This document shows, in pieces, positions 45,185-58,340 of a stretch of 64,000 nucleotides of DNA. This stretch comes from Rhynchopus sp. YZ270_cl-10. Lineage: Eukaryota. Location of the stretch: assembly GCA_964035575.1 (NCBI GenBank), contig OZ037845.1, positions 744,001-808,000 of the forward strand, read 5' to 3'. A model generated the notes under the pieces. That model made no database searches, was not told the DNA's origin, and saw only the letters and a program-made list of their open reading frames with translations. Both the position numbers and the translations under genes were made by a program. Positions within the stretch are counted from its first letter, which is position 1, and the number at the start of each line of letters is the position of its first letter.

Positions 45185-48100
45185 TCACCCATATGTTGGA
45201 GAGCCAGCAATCACGTCGGGGTACCCGCCGTCAAGACCTGCAGGCACCTGTTGGCTTGGTGGTGCCCGGGGTTCACCGTACAGCTTTGTGAGAGGGTTTT
45301 GCTGATCAACCTCTTGGCCACTGAGCACAGCACTCTCGGGAGCACCTGCAAACTTTGTGTGTGGGTAGCTGAGGTCGCTTCCTGTGTACGTTTCACTTCT
45401 GTCGTCACGCTGCTTCGCACGTTCCTGGCGTTCTTTGCGTTTCCTGAGGCAATAGTAGGTCAACGCAGCCATGGCTAACACCACAGCCAGACAGGCCAGT
45501 ATGATCATCATGATTGCAAGCAAGCTCAGCCCCGAGTCGGAGTCATTCGTCGCAGCGGTATCCGTGCAGATACCTAAGGCACTGTCCCAAAAGCACGGCG
45601 TAACGCAAGTCTCCACAGTCTTGAAGGAACTGCACCCTGTGTCCGGTGTGTCGACACCGATGGAGGGCACGGGGCGTGCATTGCTCACACCCAGCTCTGT
45701 GACCTGCGAGGTGGTGGAGAGGAGCAGGAACCGTTTTGCAAGCTCGTTGGCAGTGGGCTCACTGGCACGTGTCGCGACACGTGGCTGGAAGTCAACCTGG
45801 ACCTCAAGCGCACCGTTGGAGTCGACAACAAGCGTGGTAACACAACGGTCTGACGGGACGCCAAGCAACGCACAAACCCTCTCAGAGAAGGCAGCACCGT
45901 TGAACTGGCTTGCCGTTTGCGTGCTGCTCACAAGGGTTCTGACTGCGGTGGCTGCTGTGTCGACAACGATCTGCAGCGTCTGTGTGGTGGACGGGTTGTT
46001 CCCAGCATCAAATGCAACGACACTGACTGTCGCACCACCGATGCCTGCGCTGCTAGCTGTGAACTCCAGCGTCCCTGCACTGGTCATTGTTGGCTGCGTG
46101 GTGAAGAGTCCAGGGTTGTCGTTTGTCACCGTGAAACGCACGTTCTGATTCTCGTCGGGCGGTCCGCCTGCGATGCCTGTTGCCCAGAGCTGGTTGTACG
46201 AGAAGGACGGCTCCACGTTGACCACAGAAGTCCCTGGTGTGAAGAACGGCGGGTCATCCACAGGTGTGACAGTAATAGTGAAAGTCGATGTGGGCGAGGT
46301 CGGCACCCCACCGTTGGCGTTCCCCCCCGAGTCCTGCAGGGCTGCAGACACTTCTGCAATGCCGTTCGCGTTGGGCGCCAGTTGGAACGTCAGGTCACCC
46401 GACGCAGAGAGCTGTGGCGGCTGCTGGAAGAGGCCTGGGTTGTTGTTCGACAGCGAGAACGTGAGCGTCTGTGTGAACTCATCTGTTGCCGATGCAGGTG
46501 CAGGCGCAATGGAGCTGGCCCACATCCCCACAGTTGACGCAGGGTCGTCCTCCGTCACTGCGATGTTCGTGCCAGGAGTGAACAACGGTGCGTCGTTGAC
46601 AGGGCTGATCCTGATACGGAAAATGTACGGGTCCGATTCATCCCGCCCGCCGTTCGCAGTGCCTCCGCTGTCCTGTGGCAGGTGATAAGGTGGTAAGGTA
46701 AGGTGGGTGGCGACGCATGTGTATCATACCTTTGCGACAACACGCACAGTGGCCTCCCCGTTTGCATTCACTGCAGGGGTGAACGTCAGCTCGGATGTGA
46801 CCTGGTGTGGTAGTGGTGGTGGTGGTGGGTTAGGGATGAAAGCGACATACCGAAGAAATAGTTGGAATCTGACTAAAGAGCTCGGGCCGTGCTGTTACAG
46901 TTGTGAAGAAAGTAACCGACTGGTCCTCGAAGCTGCCTGCAATGACAGAACGGATCCACTGTCCCACCACCTGCGGGGGTGCATCTTCCAGAACCACGAC
47001 ATCCGGCCCAGGGGTGAACACAGGTGGGTCGTTCACGGGCAGCACCGTGATGGTGAAGGTCTGCTCCAGTGAAGAGGAGATGCCTCCGTTCAGGATACCA
47101 CCATCGTCCTGCAGCGTGGCCCTGACCGTCACCACACCGTACCGGTTCGTCTGCGGGACAAAGGTCAGCACACCGTTCACATCAATGGAGGGTGCATTCA
47201 CAAGCACATCAGTTGGCGTTGCGCTTGTGACAAAGGTAAGCTTCTGCCCAATGTCTGTGATACCGCCTGCACTGATGTTAGAGGCCCACGTCTGTGAGTA
47301 CGAGCCGCTGTCCTCAAGCACAGTGACATCAGGGCCTTTGAACCAAAGGGGCTGGTTGTTCTTCGGGAAGACGGTGATGTCAAAGACGACCTCTGCCGAT
47401 GTGTCCACACCTCCGTTGCTGGTGCCGCCGTTGTCGCGGAGCACAGCCCTCGCAGCCGTCTTGCCGATTCTGTCGCTGCCCGGCTCGAAGGTCAGGACCC
47501 CTGACGAGGCGTCGATGCGTGGCTGCACAGAGAACAGCGACGCGTCCCCGACAGTCAGGTCAAACGTCAGTGCCTGTGTCGCTTCGTTCGCCGGCCCTGC
47601 AGAGATGGCGGTCGCCCACCTCTGGCTGAAGGCACCGGTGTTCTGGATGTTGCTCACATCACCGCCTCCGGTGAAAGACGGTGCGTCGTTGACAGGTTGC
47701 ACCGTGATAGTGAACGGCACCTCTGCCGTGTTCAGGCCTGCACTGCCGCTGTCGGTCGCAACAACGTTCAAGTTGATGACCCCGTTCTGATCCGCAAGCG
47801 ACGTGAACACCAAAGGACCGGTCGGGAAGCGCTCCACCTGTGCGCTGTTGGCGAGCACCTGCTGGAAGATGACCTCGTTGTTCGGTGCTGCGGCCACGGT
47901 CACTGAGGTGATGAGTTGGTTCAGCTCGTCGCGAGGGCCGGGAACAACGTTCTGCAGCCAGTTGTCACGTCGCGTTGTGCCCGAGTCCTCAAGCACGACA
48001 ACGTCAGTCGATGCCAAGGTGACAACAGGTGGGTCGTCAACAGGGGTGATGGTGATGGTCGTCGTTTGGCACGACTTGTCCACACCACCGTTCAGGATGC

Positions 48101-51100
48101 CGCCGTTGTCGGTCAAGCACACCTCTGCGTCGGTGGCCCCGTTGGCGTCTGCGGCAGGTGTGAACTGCAGGTCCGCTGTGCACGCACCAGAACATTGCGA
48201 CATCCCCTGCTGCACCAGCACAGGCTGTGAGGAGAACAGTGTTGTGTCCACAGGAATGATGCGCCACGTCAGCTGCTGTGTAGCTGCCTCGTTCGCAGCA
48301 CCCACAGACACCTGTGTCGCCCAGTCCGGCACAGCAATTGGTGCTGCTGGGTCCTCCGTCACCACCACAGGAGCGTTCATCAGGAACGTCGGTGCGTCGT
48401 TCACAGGAAGGATCTGGATTGTCACAAACACAAAGTCGCTCGTCCGCTGGTCGGGAGGACCACCGCCGTTGCCGTCCCCAGTTCCCGGACCCGTGTCGCT
48501 CCCAGCAATGCTGACAGTGGTGGACCCGAACGCATCCGGTGCAGGCGTAAAGCTGAGTGTCCCAAAGTTGTCCACCCTTGGCTGTTCAAAGAAGAGTTCG
48601 GGCTTGTCGGGTGTGAGGGCAAAGGTAACCAGTTGCGAGGCTTCGTTGTCCGCACCGCTCGTGATCGACGTGATGTAGTTCGCACGCGCAAAGGCGCCGC
48701 TGTCCTCGAGCACCCCTGTGATGTCGCCTCCCACCTTGAACGTCGGTGGGTCGTTCACGGACGTGACTCTGATGACTGTTGTCACGGAGTCGGATGTGTC
48801 CACACCGCCGTGCTCGAGGCCTCCGTCGTCGACGGCTGTGACGACAAAGGTGCTGTCGCCGTATGCATCCTTCTTCAGCAGGAAGGACATCACGCCGTCA
48901 GAGGTGATGGATGGGATGGTTGTGAAGAGGTCTGTGTTTGTCATGCCGGTGATTGCGTAGCGCATTGTCTGCGAGGCCTCGTTGGCAGCACCCTTGCTGA
49001 TGGAGGCTGCGTACTGCTGCAGGTAGGAGGGGCTGTCCTCGAGGATGGAAATCTCTGCAGGTGCTGTGAAGGACGGTTTGTCGTTGACTGCGACGATGGT
49101 GATGAGGATGGTCTGCGTGTACTGGCTGTTGACAGCCTGGCCGTCGTCGAGAGTGACCGTGACCTCGGTTCTGCCAAATGCGTCTGGTGCAGGTGTGAAG
49201 GTGAGACGTCCTGTCATCTCGTTCACATCGGGCTGCACGGAGAACAGGTTCCTGTCTGCGGCAGACACCGTGAACGTCAAGGTCTGCCCAACCTCGTCAG
49301 CAGGTCCCGCAATGATGTTGCGTGCCCACGACGGGAAGTCACCCAAGGTGTCTTCCAGCACCTGCACGTTCCCGTTGTGCACGAAAGACGGCGCATCGTT
49401 GTACGGCGTGATCTGCAGCTGAAACGTCTTCGCTGCTGTCGACACACACCCTGCCTGCACCTTCCCGTCGTCCTGCGCACGCACCGTCACCGCAAACGGC
49501 GTCGGTGTGTTCACACCCACCTTCGTTGTGAAGGACAACGTCCCGAACTCATTGATCTTCGGCTGCCCAGCCGCCCCTTCAAAGAGATTCGTGTCAAACC
49601 CCTCCAGGAAGAAGCTCACCCGCTGCGACACTTCGTCCACTGCAGAGGCGGGGCCGGGGCGGATGCCTGTTACGAAGTTTGGGAACTGCCGTGGACATTC
49701 GGAGGTCTGGCGGCACTCAAGCACGGCAGTCCCGATGAGGTCTGGACCGAGGGTGAACTCGGGCGGGTCGTTGCAGCAGGAGATGGTGATCGTGAACGTC
49801 TGTGCGTCGGATGCGAGGGGCGGGACACCGTTGTCCTCTGCGTAGACACTGACTTCTGCCGTGCCGCATGCGTCCTGTGCTGCGGTGAAGCGAAGGGCAC
49901 CCGTGGTTGGATCCACCGAGGGCAGCGACCCAGCTGCAAACAGCGCGTCGTTGTTCGTCGTCGTCACAAAGAGCACTGTCTGTGGTGCAGGTGGACCTTC
50001 GTTCAGACCAGCCGAGATCTGTGTCGCCCATCCCACCTGGGTAAAGCCGCCCGGGAACTGGTCCTCGGCAATAGCGATGTTGGGCCCCTTCGTGAAGGAG
50101 GGCTTGTCGTTGGTGTCCAGCACCCGGATCGTGTAGGTCACTTCCGTTTCGTCGCCGCAGGTGCAGCCTCCGAGCGCGTTACAACGCAGGTCTAGGCCGT
50201 CGTCCTTCACGTAGACGGTCACGTCGCTGACACAGGGCACACCCCCAGACACGGCAGAAGCAGGCTCAAAGGAGAGACGTGCGGAGGTCGTGGACGTCAT
50301 CTGGTGTTGGGGCAAGATCTTGAAGCACGTCGGGTTCTGCACAAAGGTACGCAGCGTCAGAACCTGGTTCATCTCATCGTCAGGCCCCTTGCTGATGCGG
50401 CTCAGCCACGAGTCAAACTCCTGCGGACCAGAGTTCTCCAGAACGTCCAATGGCCCTGGGTTCCCCTTCACATCAAGGTCAAACGTCGGGGGGTCATTCA
50501 CTGCGAGCGCAGTGATGCGGAACTTTGCCGTGTTGCCGGTGTTCGGTGCTGTCCCAGTGTCACGGATTGTGACAAGAACATCGGTGACTCCGTTTGCATC
50601 AGGTTCGAGGGTGAACGTGAGTGTGCCTGTTTCGTCGATGCTTGGAGTGCCACCTGCCGCGAAGATGCTGTCGTCTGTGCTTGTCACAACGAAGTAGACA
50701 GTCTGGCCCTCGGGGTTGAAGACGTTGGGATCGTTGACCACAACCAGGCCTTCGTAGTTGCTGCCGACGGAGATGCTTGTGGCCCAGTTGGGGATGACCT
50801 TTGTGAGCGGCACGGGGGGCACGTTCTCGTCGCAGAGGTCCTCCTGCACGAGAACGTCAGGCCCTGCCACGAAGGAGGGCAGGTCGTTCTTCGGGCGGAT
50901 CTCGATGGCACACTTGGGACAGTTCGTGATCGGGTCGCAGGTGCACATTGGCGTGCCGATGACGTTGTTCTTGAGCAGCCCGTCGTCACAGAGCTGGACG
51001 TACATCTCCACAATCTTGCCATATGTGTTGATGTCGGGGCGCGCCTCAAACGAAAGCCGTCCCGTCAGAACGTCGATGTTCGGCTGCACTGCGAAGAGGC

Positions 51101-52451
51101 CTTGGTCACGTGTGTCGACGAGGGGTGTGTTGAAGGTGAGTGTCTGCTGGCTTTCCTCTCCAGAACCTGTGACACATCCTCGTGTGAACCGTGTGGCGAA
51201 GGCGTCGAGGGAGTAGGCACCTGCGTCTTCATCGATGATGATGGGGCAGTGGCCGAGGTCGTATGTGGGTGGTGTGTTTGTGTCTTTGATTTCAATTTGG
51301 AAGTCGCAGTCTTGTGGTGCCAGGTCAGAGCCGCCGTTTGCAGTGCCACCGTCATCGAACATACGAACAGAGATGGTGGCGGTGCCTACCTCACAGGGCT
51401 TCGGGTCGAAGAGCAGATCTGCCGTCGTCGGGTCGTTCGGGTCCCACGCAATACGCGGCTGCACCTGGAACAGCCCCTGGTTGTTGTTTCCCACCACAAA
51501 ACGCAGACCCTGCCCCTCCTCGTTGTCCACAGCACAGTTTGCACATTTGTCAATGTTAAACAAGAAATCAACAACCTGCTGTGTCGTGTCCCCCTTCGTC
51601 ACTGCACGCGCCCCTGACGTCGCCGCACTCCCCATGCACTCAAACGACGGCGCATCGTTCACACACTCCACAGTAATAGAAAAGTAGTGAGTAATCGAGA
51701 CACTGCAATCTGCTGGCTCACACCCGGAGGGGCAAAGGAAGGGGACCTGGCTGTTCGGACCTGGACACATCGCGGCCATGGTGTTGGCAGGATCGCAGTT
51801 CAGCCCTTGGCAGCATCCGTTGCATTGACAGGACTGTTGGTTGATCTCTTCGACACATTGCGCATTACCACCATCACGAACGAAAACTGAGCACAACGTT
51901 GTGCCGCACGCATCATCCGCAGTGGTGAAGGTTAATGCTCCTGCACAGCCGGTGTTCCCCACTGGCACAGTTGGATCACAATTGCACGTTGCTGTGGAGC
52001 AAGGCGTCAGCTGCGGGTCCCTTCCATTTGCGAAGAGGTCCTTCCGATCGCAGTCAATGGTGAAGGTTGTGGTCTGTATATTGCTGCTGGGGCATCTGCT
52101 GGCGTAGGGTGCGGTCATGCCCAGCATCGGGTCGTGGATGACTTGGCCTTCTCCGTCGCACACCTCTGTTGCCCAGGGACGGCCAAAGTCATACGTACCA
52201 ACATCCTCAATTGTAACGATATCAGGTCCACGACGGAAAGATGGATTATGATTCCCAGGAGTCCCCGGCAGAATTCCTGTATGACGAAGGATCTCCGCAT
52301 CGCGACCGACAACGATGTTGTTGTCATTTTTATCTGTACGCAAAAACAGCGTGTCCCCTTCTCCCTCAACCCGCACCCCCACAGCGTCCACTACCAATGC
52401 ACTCAAGAGCACCTTAAGGAAACACCGCACCGAAGCTTCTAATTCAAACAT
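45185..52451 (-). CDS. Giant type-I membrane protein (~2386 aa) with ~17 cadherin-like/bacterial Ig-like repeats; join(45185..46672,46730..46801,46851..52451)
   Basis: Signal-like N-terminus from ATG 52451. Recurrent (V)ND(A/P)P.F...V.ED...L.F.P..D..G...V...D.GG motifs. Two phase-0 GTATG..AG introns (46802-46850, 46673-46729) join the 1879-aa and 466-aa ORFs through a 72-nt exon. TM helix LLAIMMIILACLAVVLAMAALTYYC is followed by RKRK. Confidence 0.88.
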
Positions 52452-53491
52452 TCTAAAAAAGACCCTCAAAAATCGGGCAAAATATATATGGGAGTGTGGG
52501 GGGAAGAAGAGAAAGACTTTCTAAAAGATCGTTCACACCGATGCAAACATGATTTTTGGGGTTTGGTTTGTGTGTGTTTTTTCTCTGGATTGAGGTATGA
52601 TTTGGGAGGCACAAAGCGGGGAAAGGGGGTGGAAGTTATTTGAGAAGGTGTTCGAAGTGTTCGACTCCTCCTTGAGGGTAACTGGGAGACACATCGCGTT
52701 TCTGCTACTTTGTACGAAACACCATCAGTCTGTACAGCACCCAAGACAACAAGAGCTCTGACTCATCTGCGGAGACCCTTTGTGTGCAGATGCATACTCT
52801 ATGACCGGTGTAACTGGGTTTGGAAGCAGACTACCCTCTGTGGAAGGGAGTAGCGAAACACAACAGGTGTATTGAAGGGAGGGTTATTGGGGGGTGGAAA
52901 ATGTGTATTCACATTGAGACAAAAAAAGAGCTTTTTTTTGGATGGTTGTTTTTGTCGTATTTTTTTTTTGTGGAGGGGGGGAAGGGGGGTTTGGGCTAAA
53001 AACATTGAGGTAAAACGGGGGCGATACCAGTGTTTGACATCTTTTTGTTTTTTTTTTTTTTTGGGGAGGGGAGATTTATGTGCCTTTTTTGTCGTTGTTT
53101 ATTTTTTCTTGCGTCGTTTTTTTTTCCCTAGGGTCTGTACTCGATGTTGGCCGAAACCTTTGTACGGAAAAGACGCAGTTCGTCCTCAACCCTTAAGACC
53201 AACTTTTCTTTTTGGAAAAAGGTAAATCTGAATAATGAAACACTAAAATGGGTTGGTGAAGTTGCGCAAAAAAAAAAAAAGAGAAAAAATGCATCATTTT
53301 AAAAGCATTTCGTGACATTATATTGTCAACCATTGTCATCTTCATTGCATTTTGTTTTTTTTTGAAAACTTGGTTGTTTTAGTGTAGACACCCGAAGATG
53401 AACTCCACTATACTACACGCTTCTATGTTTTTTTTGTTTTTGAATCGGGGGGAGAAAGAGTAACCACTATCCGTGGCAAAAAAAAGGGGGG

Positions 53492-53714
53492 GTGAAGTTG
53501 CTATTGCAAACGCCTCCGGGACGCAGGCACTGACACTCCGCGGGGTTATCGAACCCTCCCCCCCGGAGTGTTTCCCTTTGGAGTTGCTTACAGGGAAACT
53601 GTAAGCAGGCGCACAGTCACAAGAAGAAGAAAGGCACACCAGCATTCCCCCCCCCCCAAAAAAAAAAGAAAAAGTTTATAAAATGACCCTAAGCCTCTCG
53701 TGCTTAGCCACCTT
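53492..53714 (-). repeat. Most complete copy of a modular dispersed element (GTGAAGTTG / GGGACGCAGGCACTGACA / GGGGTTATCGAA / hairpin A)
   Basis: The same modules recur in the same order in partial copies at 39235-39348, 43327-43372, 44057-44144 and 39847-39874. Confidence 0.6.
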
Positions 53715-53831
53715 AAACAAAGATCCACCGAATTCTAAAACTTCGGAGAAAATGAAATGCAGTTTCGATTTATGGAAAGGAAAGCAGACAACGTGGGGCA
53801 GTTCTAACACCCCCCTTTTAGGAGAAAAAGT

Positions 53832-53940
53832 TTTGTTTTGTGCGTAAAGTGTGTAATAAACATTCTGTGTTGATATTTTTATTACTCACAATACGCTCCC
53901 ACTGTACCTGGCCAGAGGAAAGCTCTTTGAGGACAAAAAA
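53832..53940. repeat. Dispersed ~110-bp repeat, copy 2
   Basis: Homologous to 27160-27268, same orientation. Confidence 0.8.
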
Positions 53941-55444
53941 AAAAACGCAACTTCTCTCTCTCTCCCTCCCGACGCACCAAAAAATGAACACAGGGAACGA
54001 AGGGGGCCTACTAGGAATGGAAAGGGGGGGGGGGGAATGGTGGTGGAAGGTATGGACAATAATCTACGTCTGGGAGGGGGTGGGGATTGGGTGGAGAACA
54101 AAAAAAAACAAATCAAAAAGAGAAAAAAAAAGGGGGGCTTTATTGTATTTGCTGTCTTTGAGACATCAGAAAATGGAACTAAAAATGCTGGACCAAAAAA
54201 GGGGTCGTTTTATGGATAATAAAAGTGAACTAAATGCAAACAAACTGAAAGATGAAAAGTATAAAACACAAAGTGTGGTCATATAAACTAACGTCGTTTA
54301 TAAGAGCAAGATATGTTGTTATATTGTGTTCAGGATAAGGATCGTGCATTTTTTTATAAAACAATCCATAAAAATGGGTGGTTCCCAGACCAGGATCTGT
54401 CACTCAAGGGTACAGAACCACACATTGAGGGTCAAGCGGGTCGGCAGAGGGGGAGGGAGTGGGATGGAGTGAATGGGGTATCTATGAAAGCAATTTGTGA
54501 AGAGAAAAAAAAATGGGGGAAAAAACACACAGAAAAACACGATGGGGGGATACGAAGCAATCCTTATATTACTATTTAACCTATTCAGTGCCAGGTGAGC
54601 CAGCGAACTACTCCGTGCAGCTGTGCATGTCAAAATGTCAGATAAAAAAAAAATAACAAAAAAATGTCAAAAAAAAAAAGTTGACTTGAAATACAACAGC
54701 CCGTTCGTGACAGTGTACCTAAAAAAACAACAATATGAATTGTTTCTGCTTCATTTTTTTATTTTGGCTTTTTTAACCCGCTTTTTTCATTTAGATTTCT
54801 AAAAAGGAAAATAGGGTAAAGTGAAACGTTTAAACGGTGGGGGCGTGGGTGGGAGAACATAAAGGGAAACGATTGAGGCTCTAATGCCTGTAAAAGAAAA
54901 GGGAAATGAAGGTTGGGTACGTGCAGACATTCTGGGAAGCATAGGTGTGTGACCACCTCCTGCAAATAAAGGGGGAGAGAAAGGTAGCTAAGATGAACCG
55001 AAGCTTCATGTGGTTGATAGTCACCTATAACCTTTTTTTAAAACACCTTGAATGGTGAATATAAGAGACCCAATACACATGCTTCTCAAAAACCCCCATT
55101 TTATTTCATTTTTTTTTCATTTAAAAAATCAGAAACAAAAAGATTTGAATGATGGCAACAAACAAAGAAAAAAAACACACATACAATCACCTCACTCTCT
55201 GTTCCCGGATTTTGCTTTTAGCTGAAAACAAAAAAAAACCCCAGGATTATCACTTTTTTTTTCAGGAGCGAAGTTTCACCCTATTTATTTCCTTCTCTTT
55301 GTGTCGATAAGACACAAAAGAAAGGCATTTTTTTGGGCACTTTTTTTTTTTTGCATTTTTTTAAAACACTTTTTTGCCTCTCTTCAAAACGGGGTGTTTT
55401 TTTTTAACTCAATTTTCTCTCTTCCTCTCCCTCTCTCTTTTCTC

Positions 55445-56822
55445 TCACTGCCTCTGGTTTCCGTACGGCGGGTCGCGGACGCGGGTTGGTGCATCTGGTG
55501 CACCGAGGACGTGGCCGAAGCTGGATTTTTCGTATGCCTCTCTCTTTGCGTTCATTTGTGCAGCTTCGGGGTAGTGCTTGAGCACAAAGGGGTGGTACAT
55601 GATGCCGTAGGCACGCATCCTGCGTGTCTTGTCGTAGTGGAGACACTGCTGCAGGAGGTCGAGGAAGTCCTTGTCCTGCACCATTCTGCTGATCGGCTGA
55701 ATGCGGCGCAGTTTCTCTGCACTCTTCGCAGCGGAACGGTCCTGAGACCAGCTAAAGTCAAGCTCCCTCTGGTCGTTGAAGTACTTTGCGTGCTCTGGCT
55801 CCATGTTGTCGGTCAAAACACTAGGGAACTTCCCCAGGGTACGCTCCATCAGGCACATATGCTCGCGGTTCTCGTGTGTTTCGTACAAAAGACGCCCTGT
55901 CAGCAGCTCAATCAAAATGCACCCCACACTCCAAATATCCGCAGCCCACATCCATCCACACCCGAGAATCACCTCGGGTGCTCTGTAGTGGCGGGTCGAG
56001 ACAACCGTGGTGCGGCTGTGGTTCTGGTCGGTGGTGCCTCCGAAGTCGATGAGACGGATCTTGGTCTTGGGGGGGAGGTTGTAGCGGCGGACCTGTTAGG
56101 GGGAGGGGGTGAAAAGGTTGATGGTTAGGAGTACATACCCCTGTCTTGTCGACGGTCTCAACGGATTCCTCGAGGAGGATGTTCTCAGGCTTAAGGTCGG
56201 TGTGTACAAGCTTGAGGTGTGCGTGGAGGTAGTTGAGTGCAGACCCCAGTTGGTACGCAATGTGCGCGACCTCGTGGAGCTTGAAGGTACCGCAGCGGTT
56301 GAGGTAGTCGAGCAGGCAGAAGCCAAGCTTGGGGAAGACAATGCACATATGGGTGCCCGAGAGCTTCGAGTTGGCGGGGAAGTAGGTACGGTACTTAATT
56401 GTAGGGTAGAAGTCTTGCGCGTCGTCGGTCTTGATCCTGTGGAGGATGCCGATCTCGAACTTTGCGTCGCGTGTGTACTTATCAATGGCACGGACAAGCT
56501 TGATGGCGACGTACGCCTTGCGCTTTCTGTCCCATGCTTCGATCACCTTGGCGAAGGTGCCCTCACCGATGAGGTCGAGGATCTTCCATCTGTGTGTGTC
56601 GGGGGTGCCGTCCACGTCGTCGCCCAGCACCACGTGGTAGTGGCCAGACTCCTTGCTCTGCTGAGGTGTGTAGGTCTTCTTCTGCTTGCGTACAGGCTGC
56701 TGGTCTGGCTGCGCTGTGTCGGGGTGGCTGCTGGGGCGCTTGCCTCCACTCAGACGCTTCGGCTGCTCCTCACCCACCTTCCCCGTTGCTGTGTTGTAGT
56801 TCGACTTTACTACGTCCGACAT
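55445..56822 (-). CDS. CLK1: CLK/LAMMER dual-specificity kinase, kinetoplastid CLK1/KKT10-KKT19-like (~443 aa); join(55445..56092,56139..56822)
   Basis: Motifs GEGTFA, AIK, HTDLKPEN, DFG and STRHYRAPE, plus the LAMMER variant EHMCLMERTLG. A 46-nt GTATGT...CTAACAG intron (56093-56138) restores the frame. Confidence 0.92.
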
Positions 56823-57024
56823 CTTGTCACGCCGTCTATGAGCTAGGGCCGCTCCCTTTGGTAGTGTAAGTAGTGGGGTAGTGGTAGTGGGTTTTGATTG
56901 TCGTATTTTACTCAAAAAGAAGTGGGTAAAGGAGGATATTTCTATTGGTCAATTACTGTGTAAATGGGTGGGGGGAGGGAGAGAGAGAGAGAGGGTGTGT
57001 GGGGTGAGAGGAAAGGGTTATGTC

Positions 57025-58303
57025 TCAACCCTCGGATTCGTTGCCGCCGCTTTCGGTTGCAGGGGCGTCGATGTCGAGTTCGTCCTCCTGTGTGGTGATA
57101 CGTTTTTTTTGACACACTGCATCCAACGCATACCTCATCTTCTATGAGCAGCAACATCTGGAGTTCATCCGAAATGAGTTGCGGCTTCTCCTCTGCCACC
57201 TCCTCGGAGAAGGTGCTGAGGTTGTCTGCAAGCTCCTTTTGGGGGATGTTTTGCCCAAGCTTCCCACCGAACAGACAGAGGGTTCCTGCAGCAAAGCTGA
57301 GGCTGTGATAACTGCGGGGAGCTGGGGTGGCCAGGGCTGTGACCTGCGTCCACACGAGAGGATCGGATTGGAGGTCCAACTCATACAGATCATTGAGGGC
57401 ATAGTCGTTCTGGTCTACCCCACCATGCAGGAATATCTTTGAACCGTACGATGTCATTGCGTGACCATATCGTGCACAGGGTTGTACACTGCCTGCAGGT
57501 GTCGTTAGGGGCACCCATCTTCCTACATCAGCCTCGTAGAGGAAGCAATCCGATAACGCCCTGCCCTGCTCATCCCTCCCCCCATGCACAACAAACCCAT
57601 TATGCACCGCCGCCATACAATGTGAACTCCGTTTACACGGTGTAGTACTCCCTGCAGAAATCATACCCCACGCACCACCATCAGCCTCCACGTACCACAA
57701 CGTATTTTCCAACTCCCTGGTACACCCCCCGAAGACGAATATAGTGTTTTTATAACAGCATGCTGCAGAGAATGTAATCCCTTCCGGACCCTGCCCTGTA
57801 AACTGATCTGCCCGCTCTATGACATTGTCTTTGAGAACCCATACTGCGTGTTTGCGTTTGCAGGTAAGAGGGTTCCATCCGCCGATGATGTAGATAGCAT
57901 CTTGTACTGTGTTGCTGCAGGCGCAGTGTTGGGTGAGGGGGTGGACCGGGATGTCGCAGATTACATCACGATCTGAGAGGTCATCCCAGCAAGGGGAGGG
58001 TTGAACGGAGAAGCGGCGGATAAGGAGTTGGTTGGGGATGAGTTTATCTTTTGGCTCCCAACCGCCGATAAGGACCATGCCTGCTGCAGATGAAGTGGTT
58101 GTGTGAGAGTAGCGACAGCCGGGGCCCTGCCCATACACACCCTGTCCCCAAGATAATGTACGTTCCGCCACCTCTGAGCCGGCAGAGGCGCCAAATTCGG
58201 TTCCACTTCTGCTTGGTGATCTATCTGCACTAACAGCCTTGGATGCCCGTGCTGCATCACCAGGTTTACTTAAAGTCTTCCCCGCAGGAGGACCTCGAGT
58301 CAT
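57025..58303 (-). CDS. Kelch-repeat beta-propeller protein (~410 aa); join(57025..57087,57134..58303)
   Basis: Six R..H/GG/W kelch-type blades (LIGG, IIGG, VFGG, VHGG, LHGG, LFGG). ATG at MTRGPP. A 46-nt GTATGC...CACAG intron gives the acidic C-terminus EDELDIDAPATESGGNESEG*. Confidence 0.85.
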
Positions 58304-58308
58304 GTTAT

Positions 58309-58340
<32 letters not shown>

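Noticed and set aside
56942..57087. C-terminal extension of the 526-aa Kelch ORF and the N-terminal extensions of the Kelch, myosin and CLK ORFs in the track
   Set aside because: Read-through of an intron, or non-ATG starts in pyrimidine-rich upstream sequence
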